Virus record (IMG/VR): IMGVR_UViG_3300034111_001103
Coordinates: 96,001-160,000 of that record
Source: a virus
Length of the DNA: 64,000 nt
Direction: 5' to 3' (one strand)
Shown: in pieces, positions 28,301 to 38,212 of the stretch
Position numbering within the stretch: the first letter of the stretch is position 1
Layout of the letters: each line of letters starts with the position of its first letter
Position numbers and translations under genes: made by a program
The notes under the pieces: generated by a model
The model's database searches: none
The model's input: the letters and a program-made list of their open reading frames with translations, nothing else
Told to the model about the DNA's origin: nothing

Positions 28301-28344
28301 AAAAAAACAAAAGACCTACTAAATTAATAGTAGGTCTTTTTTTT
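28301..28344. terminator. Bidirectional rho-independent terminator at the strand switch
   Basis: AAAAGACCTACTA-aattaa-TAGTAGGTCTTTT flanked by A- and T-runs, between convergent gene blocks. Confidence 0.9.
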
Positions 28345-28397
28345 CATTAACATTAAAATTACAGCAAAACATGAAAAGTATTAAAACAAAAAAGTTA

Positions 28398-28694
28398 TTA
28401 TTTCTGAATATTATTTCTAGTGAAGAATTCTTCTTTTAGGGTTTTATCTTCGTTAAGATCTGAAGCAGTATAGAGTAATAGATTTTTCTCTTCTATATTT
28501 CTATCTTTTATAGCATTTATGATAGCTACTGGTTCTTCAAATATTTGAAGAAAGTGTTGTAAAGCCATAAATTCTCTAGGTTGTAATGTGATTAGTTTAT
28601 CTGTAGTTACATATCCTATTGGAGCTTCATTTAAGATTTGTGGTATATCTTGTATGTCATTTGTTAAAATATCAGGATTATCTGTTGGTGTCAT
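28398..28694 (-). CDS. Hypothetical protein
   Basis: 98 aa with an A-rich leader and its own putative promoter. Confidence 0.7.
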   Translation of the reverse strand: MTPTDNPDILTNDIQDIPQILNEAPIGYVTTDKLITLQPREFMALQHFLQIFEEPVAIINAIKDRNIEEKNLLLYTASDLNEDKTLKEEFFTRNNIQK

Positions 28695-28725
28695 ATATTT
28701 TTTGTTTTAATTGTTTAATAATTTG

Positions 28726-28757
28726 TAAAAGTAATAATAAAAATTGATATAACCAAA
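28726..28757 (-). promoter_or_regulatory. Bacteroidota-type promoter (variant -7 element)
   Basis: Minus strand reads TTTG-N20-TACTTTTA. Confidence 0.5.
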
Positions 28758-28763
28758 TTTATT

Positions 28764-31700
28764 TTATTGTATTTTTGGTCTACGAGCATCTAATAGTTTT
28801 CTATAACTAGGAGATATTTGTTTTACTATTTTATTTATACCTTTTGCTGGAGTAGCATTTAATTGTTTATCTATAACTCTATTTGTTTTTAAAGCTTCAT
28901 CATCTCCTGTTAAAGTAAAATATGTTTCTTTTAGAGGAGCATATATATAAGAATCTATTAAATTCCAGGCAGTTCCTATGGTTGGAATAGGTCCTTGTAA
29001 AAGCATTATTTTTAATTGTTCAGGGTTAAACACAAAAGATTGCTCTCTAAGGGATCTTGTAAGAACTACTATTACTATATCTAAAGTAGTACGATAGGTA
29101 TCTTTTTCTTTGTTATCATCATCATCTCCTCCTACTATAAAAGGTAATATAAATTTAGCTAGTAAAAATAGAGTTAAAAGAGACTTTGCTTCTTTTAAAG
29201 AATTTTCATATTGTCTAACATAAAATCTAATAAATTCAGCTTCAGTTACTTTAAGATTTTTAGATGTTTTTTTGAAAAACTCTACTTGCATTACTTTATA
29301 TCTTTCTTTAGCTATATCTTCTAAGGTTATAGTATTGTTTTTATTGACACTTTTTCTAACTATTTCTGGTAATACGGAACTCATATTATGAAATACTAGG
29401 AAAGGTATATGTTTTCCATAACTAGCAAATAATAAATCAAGGGATAATCTCATTCTACCCCATTCTAATAAATTAGTGTTTTTGTTAACATTAAAAGGTT
29501 CTAACCTTGTAGCTATAGTCTCTCCTAACCATTTTTTATGTTGAGTTACAAACTTAGCCCACCATTTAGTCATAAAAGTATTAATATCTTGTTCACTGTA
29601 GTTACCTAGAGTTTTAGCTATAGTATCTTCTATGATGGAAGTTAGGAGGATATTATTTTTAGCATCTAAATTTAAAGAGTTAGTACTCACTAAATTATAA
29701 AGACTATTTGTTTTTTTATACTCTTTTATTTCTTTATCTATCTTTTTAGCTAATTTAATTCTTTCTTCTTTAGGTAAATTATACCTATCTGGGTATTTAT
29801 TGTTTATAAAATCTTCTACAGAGATAATATTATTATTTTCATCTACAGTAGTACCATAGTATATACTAGCTATAATTTTACTTTGTATAATATGATCTCC
29901 AGCAGAATAAAGGAATAAAGAAGCTTTTGTTACATTTATATATCTTTTTTCAGTAGTTTTATACTTATTAGTGGTATATACTTGATCAGACATTTCTACA
30001 AAAGGATTAAACATTTTATTCAGTTTTGTAAAGTTTTTTACATTTACAGCTGTGTTTTTATCTTTTATAGCAGGTAATATGCTATTTTGAAAATCACTAC
30101 TATTATAATAAGTATTATTTGTTAAGGTAGAGTTAGTTAAACCTGCCACTAAATTGGTTAGAGGAGCTGTGTAAGTAAAACCTAAGTTAACTTGAGTAGT
30201 TAAACTATACAACCAATTAACAATATTTATTAATGCCCCTTTAGGAGCTAATTTATCATTATATAAATAATAATCAATATGTCTATTTAAGTCTCTAAGA
30301 GTACCTTTATCTCCTTCAGTTATACCTAATTTTTTATTATCATCATAATAAGGCATACCACTATCATCTAAAGGTAAAGTAATATTTCCTTTAGAATTAT
30401 CTGTGTTTATCTCTTTTGTTTTGTTGTTTTCTACTATAGAAAGTAATTGAAATCTAGATTCATATTCTTTTAGTATTTTATACTCAATTACATGATGACC
30501 AAATACTGAGAATATATAAAATAAATCTTTGGAAAGACTCATATCATATAATACTTTTTCTTTGTTATATCTTTCTTGATATGCTTCTGGAGATTCTAAA
30601 GGTTTTCTCTTAAGGAAAAAAGTATTGTTATATTTACTTCTAATTTTCTTTTTATCTTTGTTAGTAAAAGGATCTGATATATTTTGAGAAGAATAAGTAT
30701 TAGTTAAAAATCTATCATAAAAAGCATAGAATTTACTTAAAATATAGTTTTTAAATAAACCAGCTTTTAGGTAAGTAAATATTTTAAAAGAATCATTTTT
30801 AACTTCTGGAAGATTGTTTAAAGATTCTATCATACCTGAATCTTTAGCATCTGTTAAAATATCTTGTAATTGATTGTAAAAATCAAAAACTTCTTTATTT
30901 TCAGGTTTTAATAATTCTCTATATTCATCACTTATCCATTTATCTTCATTAATTGTTTGAAATAATAATTCATTTTTATTAAAACCAGATGTTTGTAATG
31001 CTTTTGGATTAGTAAAAATATTATGTCTATATTCCCATTCTTCTAGTTTTTTTGCTTGTATATCTGCATTTTCAAAAGGATCTGCATCAAAAATATAATT
31101 ATCTACTACTTCTTTATAAGCTTTGTAAGCTTCTTCATAAAGTTGAACATATTTTTTAATATCATAATTTTCTTTGATAAAGGGAGTTATATAAGCTCTA
31201 TATTCTTTTGAAATTTGAGTTATTCTTTCTTTAGAACTTAATTGAATAGATACACCTTTAATAATATCTCTATGTTTTTTAATAGCTTCTTCTTTCTTAT
31301 CAAAAAGAGTTTGAAAATATTCTTTTTTATATTTATAGATTAGTCTTCTATTTACTTTATCATATACTTTAGAATAAACACCTTCTAAGTTAGTTTTATT
31401 GGTTTTTACCCAAGATTGTAAACCAACCATTAATTTTTCCATTTTACTATCAAAAGATTGTACTTCTTGCTCTTTTAAATAGTTAATCATTTTTTGTAAT
31501 CTAGTAAACATTTGTAAAGATAATTCTGGTCTAGAATATAAACTATAAGAATTAATCATTGTAGAAGATTTTACATCTATATCAGAAACATTATCATCCA
31601 TTCCTAATATTGTACCTACTTGATTCATAGTTTTAGTAACAGCTACTGTTAATTTTTCTTCACTTATAGTAATTTTAGCTTTTACACTATTTATACTTTT

Positions 31701-34700
31701 AACCAATTCAGGAGACATATCTTTATGAATAGTTTCTAATTCTCCTAATGTAGGAAAAACTTTTAAGAAAGAACTTAAGAAATTATGATTTTCATACATT
31801 TTATCAAAATATAACCTAAGTTCTTGTTGTTGTTCTGGAATTAAATCTGATAAATTTTTATTATCTTTTAAGAAAGAAAAAGTTTTTTTAGATAATTCAT
31901 TTATATTAAATAATTCATCTTCAAATACAGTTATTAGTAGATTAGTAGTTTTTTTACTTCTTAATTCTTGTATTGTTTTATCAGTTCTTTGAATTTGATC
32001 TAGAAGTCTATCTCTATCTAAAGTAGTTGATTGTGCTCTTTGTTCTAAAGAGTGAGCTTTATAAGCCTCTAGTTTCTCTATTAAAGTATTTAGAAAAGAA
32101 ATAGGTTTACCTGTAATGTCATCAAAAACTTCTTCATTTGAAGTAGATATTGGTAGTAAATAAGATTTAGCTTCTTTGTTAGGGTCAACATTTCCTATTT
32201 CTAGAGAAGTTAACCTAATGACTAAGTTTTTAGGGTCTTCAAAAGATTTACTTTTATTTATTTTTTTAGTAGTATTTTCTACTATAATAGGTATAGTTCG
32301 AGTTTGTCTAAAGTTTTTAACACCTACACTTAATAATGCTTGTTTATATAAAGCTAATTGTTGTCTATGTACTTGTTTAGTTAAAGCATGAACATCTTCT
32401 CTTTTCATAGATTTACCTCCTATATTATAAGATAAATCCATTGATTTCCAATCTAATATATCTACTTGACCTGTAGGTAATATTGCTAAGAAATCTATAG
32501 TTCCTGCATATCCATATACTTCATTAACTATTTTAGTTTCTACCATAAATCTAGTATCTTTTGGATAAGATATTAGTCTTTCTTTTAGATGTTTTTCTAA
32601 TATATTATAGTATTTTTCAGGAATAGCAATATTTTGGGGTCTATCTTCAGGAGTTACTTTTAAAAATCCTGTTTCTTTATCAATATGTCTTCCTATAATT
32701 TCTTCTATAGTAGAGTGAATTTCAGTACCTTTTTTCATTTTTTCTTCTTTAATGAAGGCAGTTATCTCTGTTTCATCTATAGTTTTATAGTTACCTATAT
32801 TAGTTTTTATTTCATTTAGCACAGTACTAACTCTTTTTTTCATACCTGTACCAGTAACATAATAAGTAACTTCCTCTTCTTTACCTGTTTCAGGATTAAT
32901 TTCTCTAGCTACTACAAGAGAAGTTTCTTCATTTATTTTCTTTAGAAGATCAAAAATCTCTTTAGAGTCTTTTAGAGAAGGTATAATAAGATGATAATCT
33001 TCTACAGAGGCTACTCCAAATGCTTTCTTAGTTTTAGCCATAGTACTAGAAAATATATTTGCTTTACTCATTTTTTTAGAGTAAAAAACACCATCACCTA
33101 ATTTATCTACATCTTCTTTATTAATAAGATTATCTTTAGTAACTATATCATTAGCAAATTCTTCAAAAAGATCTCTTTGATATGCAGGTATTTTAGAAAA
33201 TAAGTTTGTAATAAAATCACTTACTTTATCCCATAAAGCTCCAAATATATTTTTAGTATCATTTATATTAGTGTTATCTACTAGTTTTGCTACTAAAAGT
33301 TTTACCACAGCTTCTTTTTTAAGCTTAGCTATATCAGGTTTACCTTCTTTAGTTTGATACTCAGGATCATCTTTATAGTTATCTAAAACTTCTTTGTAAA
33401 TACCAAATTTCCATATCTCTGAAATCATTTTATCATATAGAGTAGGATCTTTTTGTTCTATAATATTAATAATTAAGTGGATAACTTCTTCTGTAAAATT
33501 GTCCTCTGTTAATTCTCCTTTAGAGAAAGATATTAACTTTTGTAACATATCTACTTTAGCTAGAGTATCTTTAGGTAGATCAGCATCTCTTTCAATAGTA
33601 ATACCTAAGATTTTTAGTATTTCTTGTAGTTTCTTTTTTACTTCAGATTCTTTAATTTCTACTAAGTCATCTGTAGTATTATCTTTTGAAGAAGTAACTT
33701 CTTGTTCTATTACTATAGGAGTATTTAATATTTTTCTTACTTCAGTATCAGTACTAGTATCAGTATTATTTTCATTATTTTGATTACTACCTTTATTAAC
33801 AAAATCTTTAAATCTTTCTATGTCTTGTTTAGAACCTAATATATGTATTTGTTCTGGTTCAAATACTATATAGTCTTTATATAAATCATAATCTGCAATA
33901 ACAGAATCAATATTTCTATCAGTATATCCTTTAGCTTTTTCATAGGTCATATCAGAAAGAACTCTTGCTCTATCGTTGCTTATGTTTTTAAACCCTAAAA
34001 ATTCTTTAACATTTAAAATAGCGTTTATTTTATTTTTACCATAATCTTTTATACGACTTAGATCGTTACTGAAAAAATAAGCATTAGCTGTGTTAGATAT
34101 TTCCCTGTTAGGTATTTTTTCAATATTTTTAGAAAATGATTCAAATATTTTATCAGTACCATGATAAACAATATTTTTTACAACTGAATTTGGGAATATT
34201 TGATCTAAGTATTGAGAGTATTGTTGTAAAGCTTGTTGTTTTTGTTGTGGTGTTATTTGGGCAATGCTATTAACTTCATATAAATTAGTATTGTTAAATA
34301 CAATAAAATCGCTTTTACCCCCTGTTACAAATGATGGAGGTAATATTTCTATAGCATCGTACTGATTATAAACTTCTTTTAATTTTAATTGATTTTTAGA
34401 ATACTCATCATAAGAAATAGTTTTTACATTTTTAACATTTGCAAAAACAGTTAAAATTTTAGAAGAAGTTGCCACATGTGTTGTACTTTTATCTTGAGAT
34501 AAATATATACCTTGATATTGAGGTTCTTGGTAAGGATGCTTATTATTAACCAATGATTTTCTTTTATCTCCTACATAAAGTGGTTGCTGTATTGCAGAAT
34601 TAATAAAAGGATTTATTAAATTATTAGTATTAGCATCTTTTACTTCTAATAATTTTTTATCTGCTTTTATTTTTTCTCCTAAAATTTCAAAATTATCAGT

Positions 34701-37700
34701 TTTTAAATTTGATAATAATACATTTAAACTAATTTTTTGTTTAGGAGAACCATATTCTATATCAAAATACGCATTACCTAATTCTTCTGGAGTTTTATAA
34801 AATTCTCCTGCATCATCTTCACTTTTAAAATATTCTCCATCAAAAATAAAAGTATAGTCTCCTATTTTTATAATGTCATTTTTTTTAGCCTGATATATTT
34901 TATTTAAAGCTACTTTATCAATTTCTAAAATAAGTTTTTTTAATTCATTTTCTTGCTCATTAATTTTTTTATTACTTTGAAACCCTAAAGCTTCATATAC
35001 TTCATTAGCAAGATTACTATCACTTTCAAATAATTCTTCTACTCCTAGTTTGATATTAGCTTCTTCTTGACTAAATAAACTATCTTGTTGATTAGTATTG
35101 TTTGTTGTATTGTTATTATTTGATTTTGTACCATATTTAACAAATCCACCTATAAGTTCATTTACTTCTTTTTCATTTAATATTTTACCTGTAAATTTAG
35201 TAATCCAAGTTTGAATTGAAGTTAAGAATTCTTTCCACCAAGAAGGTTTTGGTTTATCTATTAATGTTTCAGCCCATCTAGCTGCTAATTCCATTAATAA
35301 TTTTATTTTACCTTCTTCACTTTGATTGGTAAAACCATAATCCAACATTAAATTTTCTAAAGAAGTATGTCCTGTTCTTTTTAAAAGTTCAGGTAATTTT
35401 TCCATTAATTGTTTTTCAGCAGAAAATAAAACTTTTCCTAATTCTTGTACTCCTCCTAATTCTTTAGCCATTCTAATCATACCTCTATGAGCTACTTCAT
35501 GTATACCTACTTTTGATGCTTCTTCTATAGGTGTATTAGAAGCTACTACTACTACTTTGTCTGCTTTTGCATCATAATATCCTTGTATTTGATTAGTATT
35601 AGTTTTAGAAAATGGTAATTCATCTAGATCAAAACCATCATAATCCATTTTATTTAAAATTTGTGCTAAAGTAAATGTAGGATTTTCTACTTTATATTTT
35701 TCTAGTATTGTTTGATTATATTTTACACTTCTTTCAAGTGCAGTAGCTTCTTGCTCTGCTTGTTTTTTTAATAATTTTTCTTCAGTTTCTTTATCTCTTT
35801 TTATAATATTATCTTCATATATTTTTTTTAAATCTATTCTCTCTTCTTTTATATTATGAGGTAAATATGAAAACACATCAGGTGTTTTTGTTACAGCCAT
35901 TGTAACAAGCTCATTATAAAATGGTAAATTTTCATCTATATGAGTTATATTATAAGGGGAAGATTCCACACCTATTCTTGCAATTTCTTCGTTATTTCTT
36001 AATTCAGGTTTTAATAGTTCAAAAAATTCTAAATAATCAGGATTTTGTAAAACTTCTTCTACAGTATTTAAATTTTCAACTGCTGTGCTTCTTCTTTCTA
36101 AATCTTCTTCAAACAATCTTTCATTTTCTTCTCTTTCTCTTCTATATTCTCCTTCTATATCATCTCTATCATCATCTGGATAAAAATCAGCTGGATCCCA
36201 ATCATAACCATATATATCAAAAACTTTTTCATCAGCATCAACCTTACCTGCTTCTTTAGCTTTTTTAGCCCTATTTAAAGAATCATTATTAGTATCTAAA
36301 TTATGCTTTTCAAAGAAAGCTAATATATCATCATAATGATCTATTGAAGAAGTTCCATTATTAGCTCTTGATGTGACTTCTTTTACTTTTCTTAATTCAG
36401 ATTCTTCTAATAGGTTTTGTATTTTAATTTTTAAATACTTTAATTCTGTTTGTAAATCTTCATTTATTCTTTTAATAGTGTTTTCTTCTTTGTTAAGAAT
36501 TTCTTCTCTACTGTTTGCTGAAAGTTGATACTTAACCCCCATAAATGGTTTTATAGTAGTAGTGAAAGTAGATGGTTGCCCTTTAATTCTATTTCTATCT
36601 ACTATTGTATAAGACTCATTATTTTCTAAATCTTTAATTTTATTTTCAAGGTCTTGTATTTTTTCAGAATTATCTACTCCTGGATAAGCTTCAATTCCAG
36701 CAACAGTAACACCATCAACAATTAATAAATAGTTATCATAATTCTCTACATAATGAGAAGCCATACCTGATGCTGTGCACCAAGTTGAAGGAGATAGTTT
36801 TCTAAGTAGTTCTACATTTACTTTAAATTGAGAATTATTTTTCCAATTTTCTGGTTCTACATCCTCAAGTTCTTTTTTAAATTTTTCTATCTTGTAGTCT
36901 TCATTATGAGGATTTTTATCAACAGATACATTTTTTTTGTCCATAGAAAAAACTATAGCCTCATTTTCTGTTTTAAATCTTTGAATAATAGGTCCCATTA
37001 CAACACTAACTGTCCAAGGATTATTTTTTATTTCTTCCCATTCAGCAATTTGTTTCTCTCTATTTTCTTTAAAATCTTCATAACTACTAAATCCTAAATA
37101 ATTTGAGGAACTAGTTCTAGGAATATGCACCCAATATCCTTTACCACTTGCAGAAGGTTCATGACCAACTGCATCAGATACTGTTTTTAATACTTCAGAA
37201 TCATATAATTTACCTATTCTATTAAGTTCATGTGGTTTATTTACAGCTATACCATAAGTTTGTTGTAGTGCTACTGCTGATAATTGTAAAACAAACTTAG
37301 ATCTTCTTTCAGGATTTCTTAAATGTTTAATAGCATGTTTTAACATTAAATCTTTAAAAACAACAGGATAATTTTCTAATGCTTTTACCCATTTATCAAA
37401 ACTTTTTTTAATGTCTTTATTTTTTAAAATAGGGTCTTCTAACTTTAATAGTTTGTTATAACTATCATTAGCCATTTTCTCTATTTGAGCTTCAGAAGTA
37501 ATGCTTTTAATAATTTGACCTCTTGATGTATTAGCAGATAAGTTTATACCAAACCAATTAATTAGAAACGGATTTGTTATTCCTTTTTCTTCTAGTACAT
37601 CTTTCATAGAAAGAAATAAGTCTTGTCTACCTAATATATCTAAAGGCACATCTTGTACTACTGTAACAGCATTAGCTATTTCTTTAGGTAATTGATTTTT

Positions 37701-38195
37701 AATAACATTAGTTATTTCTTCTGTTGTAGAAATTTTAATATTAGTAGAAGTTCTTGTAAAAGGTTCATCATTCTCAAAATACTCTCTATTTTCTTGTATT
37801 TCTTGACTAAGAGTTTCTTTTGGTTTTGCTTCTTCTTTTTGTTTTGCTTCCTCTTTTACTTGTTTTTGAAGTTCGTATATTTCTTTAGAATCATCTGTTG
37901 CATTTATAAGATTTAATTGATTATTAGTAGGTTCTATTTTAACCATACCTCTACCAGTAGCATCAAATCCAAGATAAGCTACTTTTCCTATATCTTTATA
38001 ACCATCATTAATAACAGTATTAATTGCATCAGCTACTGTTTTAGCCACTCCTGTTGAGGTTTTTAAGTTTATTTTTTTAGAGGGACTATCTAAAATACTA
38101 ATAAGACCAAAATTACCATCTTTTTTATAAAAAAACCAAGGCTTATTATCTAATATTCCTTCAACTACTTTGTGTAATCCAATTGAACAACTCAT
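28764..38195 (-). CDS. Giant polyvalent, probably virion-ejected protein (3143 aa) with zincin metallopeptidase, ART-like and PD-(D/E)xK nuclease domains
   Basis: STWCTASG module; HEVAH...E zincin (35487-35501); VYHGT...YFFS...YIVFEPEQI ART-like module (about 33.8-34.2 kb); GTEIH...GTIDF...DWKS...QLALY nuclease (about 32.3-32.8 kb). Lies directly downstream of the vRNAP gene. Confidence 0.8.
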   Translation of the reverse strand: MSCSIGLHKVVEGILDNKPWFFYKKDGNFGLISILDSPSKKINLKTSTGVAKTVADAINTVINDGYKDIGKVAYLGFDATGRGMVKIEPTNNQLNLINATDDSKEIYELQKQVKEEAKQKEEAKPKETLSQEIQENREYFENDEPFTRTSTNIKISTTEEITNVIKNQLPKEIANAVTVVQDVPLDILGRQDLFLSMKDVLEEKGITNPFLINWFGINLSANTSRGQIIKSITSEAQIEKMANDSYNKLLKLEDPILKNKDIKKSFDKWVKALENYPVVFKDLMLKHAIKHLRNPERRSKFVLQLSAVALQQTYGIAVNKPHELNRIGKLYDSEVLKTVSDAVGHEPSASGKGYWVHIPRTSSSNYLGFSSYEDFKENREKQIAEWEEIKNNPWTVSVVMGPIIQRFKTENEAIVFSMDKKNVSVDKNPHNEDYKIEKFKKELEDVEPENWKNNSQFKVNVELLRKLSPSTWCTASGMASHYVENYDNYLLIVDGVTVAGIEAYPGVDNSEKIQDLENKIKDLENNESYTIVDRNRIKGQPSTFTTTIKPFMGVKYQLSANSREEILNKEENTIKRINEDLQTELKYLKIKIQNLLEESELRKVKEVTSRANNGTSSIDHYDDILAFFEKHNLDTNNDSLNRAKKAKEAGKVDADEKVFDIYGYDWDPADFYPDDDRDDIEGEYRREREENERLFEEDLERRSTAVENLNTVEEVLQNPDYLEFFELLKPELRNNEEIARIGVESSPYNITHIDENLPFYNELVTMAVTKTPDVFSYLPHNIKEERIDLKKIYEDNIIKRDKETEEKLLKKQAEQEATALERSVKYNQTILEKYKVENPTFTLAQILNKMDYDGFDLDELPFSKTNTNQIQGYYDAKADKVVVVASNTPIEEASKVGIHEVAHRGMIRMAKELGGVQELGKVLFSAEKQLMEKLPELLKRTGHTSLENLMLDYGFTNQSEEGKIKLLMELAARWAETLIDKPKPSWWKEFLTSIQTWITKFTGKILNEKEVNELIGGFVKYGTKSNNNNTTNNTNQQDSLFSQEEANIKLGVEELFESDSNLANEVYEALGFQSNKKINEQENELKKLILEIDKVALNKIYQAKKNDIIKIGDYTFIFDGEYFKSEDDAGEFYKTPEELGNAYFDIEYGSPKQKISLNVLLSNLKTDNFEILGEKIKADKKLLEVKDANTNNLINPFINSAIQQPLYVGDKRKSLVNNKHPYQEPQYQGIYLSQDKSTTHVATSSKILTVFANVKNVKTISYDEYSKNQLKLKEVYNQYDAIEILPPSFVTGGKSDFIVFNNTNLYEVNSIAQITPQQKQQALQQYSQYLDQIFPNSVVKNIVYHGTDKIFESFSKNIEKIPNREISNTANAYFFSNDLSRIKDYGKNKINAILNVKEFLGFKNISNDRARVLSDMTYEKAKGYTDRNIDSVIADYDLYKDYIVFEPEQIHILGSKQDIERFKDFVNKGSNQNNENNTDTSTDTEVRKILNTPIVIEQEVTSSKDNTTDDLVEIKESEVKKKLQEILKILGITIERDADLPKDTLAKVDMLQKLISFSKGELTEDNFTEEVIHLIINIIEQKDPTLYDKMISEIWKFGIYKEVLDNYKDDPEYQTKEGKPDIAKLKKEAVVKLLVAKLVDNTNINDTKNIFGALWDKVSDFITNLFSKIPAYQRDLFEEFANDIVTKDNLINKEDVDKLGDGVFYSKKMSKANIFSSTMAKTKKAFGVASVEDYHLIIPSLKDSKEIFDLLKKINEETSLVVAREINPETGKEEEVTYYVTGTGMKKRVSTVLNEIKTNIGNYKTIDETEITAFIKEEKMKKGTEIHSTIEEIIGRHIDKETGFLKVTPEDRPQNIAIPEKYYNILEKHLKERLISYPKDTRFMVETKIVNEVYGYAGTIDFLAILPTGQVDILDWKSMDLSYNIGGKSMKREDVHALTKQVHRQQLALYKQALLSVGVKNFRQTRTIPIIVENTTKKINKSKSFEDPKNLVIRLTSLEIGNVDPNKEAKSYLLPISTSNEEVFDDITGKPISFLNTLIEKLEAYKAHSLEQRAQSTTLDRDRLLDQIQRTDKTIQELRSKKTTNLLITVFEDELFNINELSKKTFSFLKDNKNLSDLIPEQQQELRLYFDKMYENHNFLSSFLKVFPTLGELETIHKDMSPELVKSINSVKAKITISEEKLTVAVTKTMNQVGTILGMDDNVSDIDVKSSTMINSYSLYSRPELSLQMFTRLQKMINYLKEQEVQSFDSKMEKLMVGLQSWVKTNKTNLEGVYSKVYDKVNRRLIYKYKKEYFQTLFDKKEEAIKKHRDIIKGVSIQLSSKERITQISKEYRAYITPFIKENYDIKKYVQLYEEAYKAYKEVVDNYIFDADPFENADIQAKKLEEWEYRHNIFTNPKALQTSGFNKNELLFQTINEDKWISDEYRELLKPENKEVFDFYNQLQDILTDAKDSGMIESLNNLPEVKNDSFKIFTYLKAGLFKNYILSKFYAFYDRFLTNTYSSQNISDPFTNKDKKKIRSKYNNTFFLKRKPLESPEAYQERYNKEKVLYDMSLSKDLFYIFSVFGHHVIEYKILKEYESRFQLLSIVENNKTKEINTDNSKGNITLPLDDSGMPYYDDNKKLGITEGDKGTLRDLNRHIDYYLYNDKLAPKGALINIVNWLYSLTTQVNLGFTYTAPLTNLVAGLTNSTLTNNTYYNSSDFQNSILPAIKDKNTAVNVKNFTKLNKMFNPFVEMSDQVYTTNKYKTTEKRYINVTKASLFLYSAGDHIIQSKIIASIYYGTTVDENNNIISVEDFINNKYPDRYNLPKEERIKLAKKIDKEIKEYKKTNSLYNLVSTNSLNLDAKNNILLTSIIEDTIAKTLGNYSEQDINTFMTKWWAKFVTQHKKWLGETIATRLEPFNVNKNTNLLEWGRMRLSLDLLFASYGKHIPFLVFHNMSSVLPEIVRKSVNKNNTITLEDIAKERYKVMQVEFFKKTSKNLKVTEAEFIRFYVRQYENSLKEAKSLLTLFLLAKFILPFIVGGDDDDNKEKDTYRTTLDIVIVVLTRSLREQSFVFNPEQLKIMLLQGPIPTIGTAWNLIDSYIYAPLKETYFTLTGDDEALKTNRVIDKQLNATPAKGINKIVKQISPSYRKLLDARRPKIQ

Positions 38196-38212
38196 TTATA
38201 TTATATTATTTT

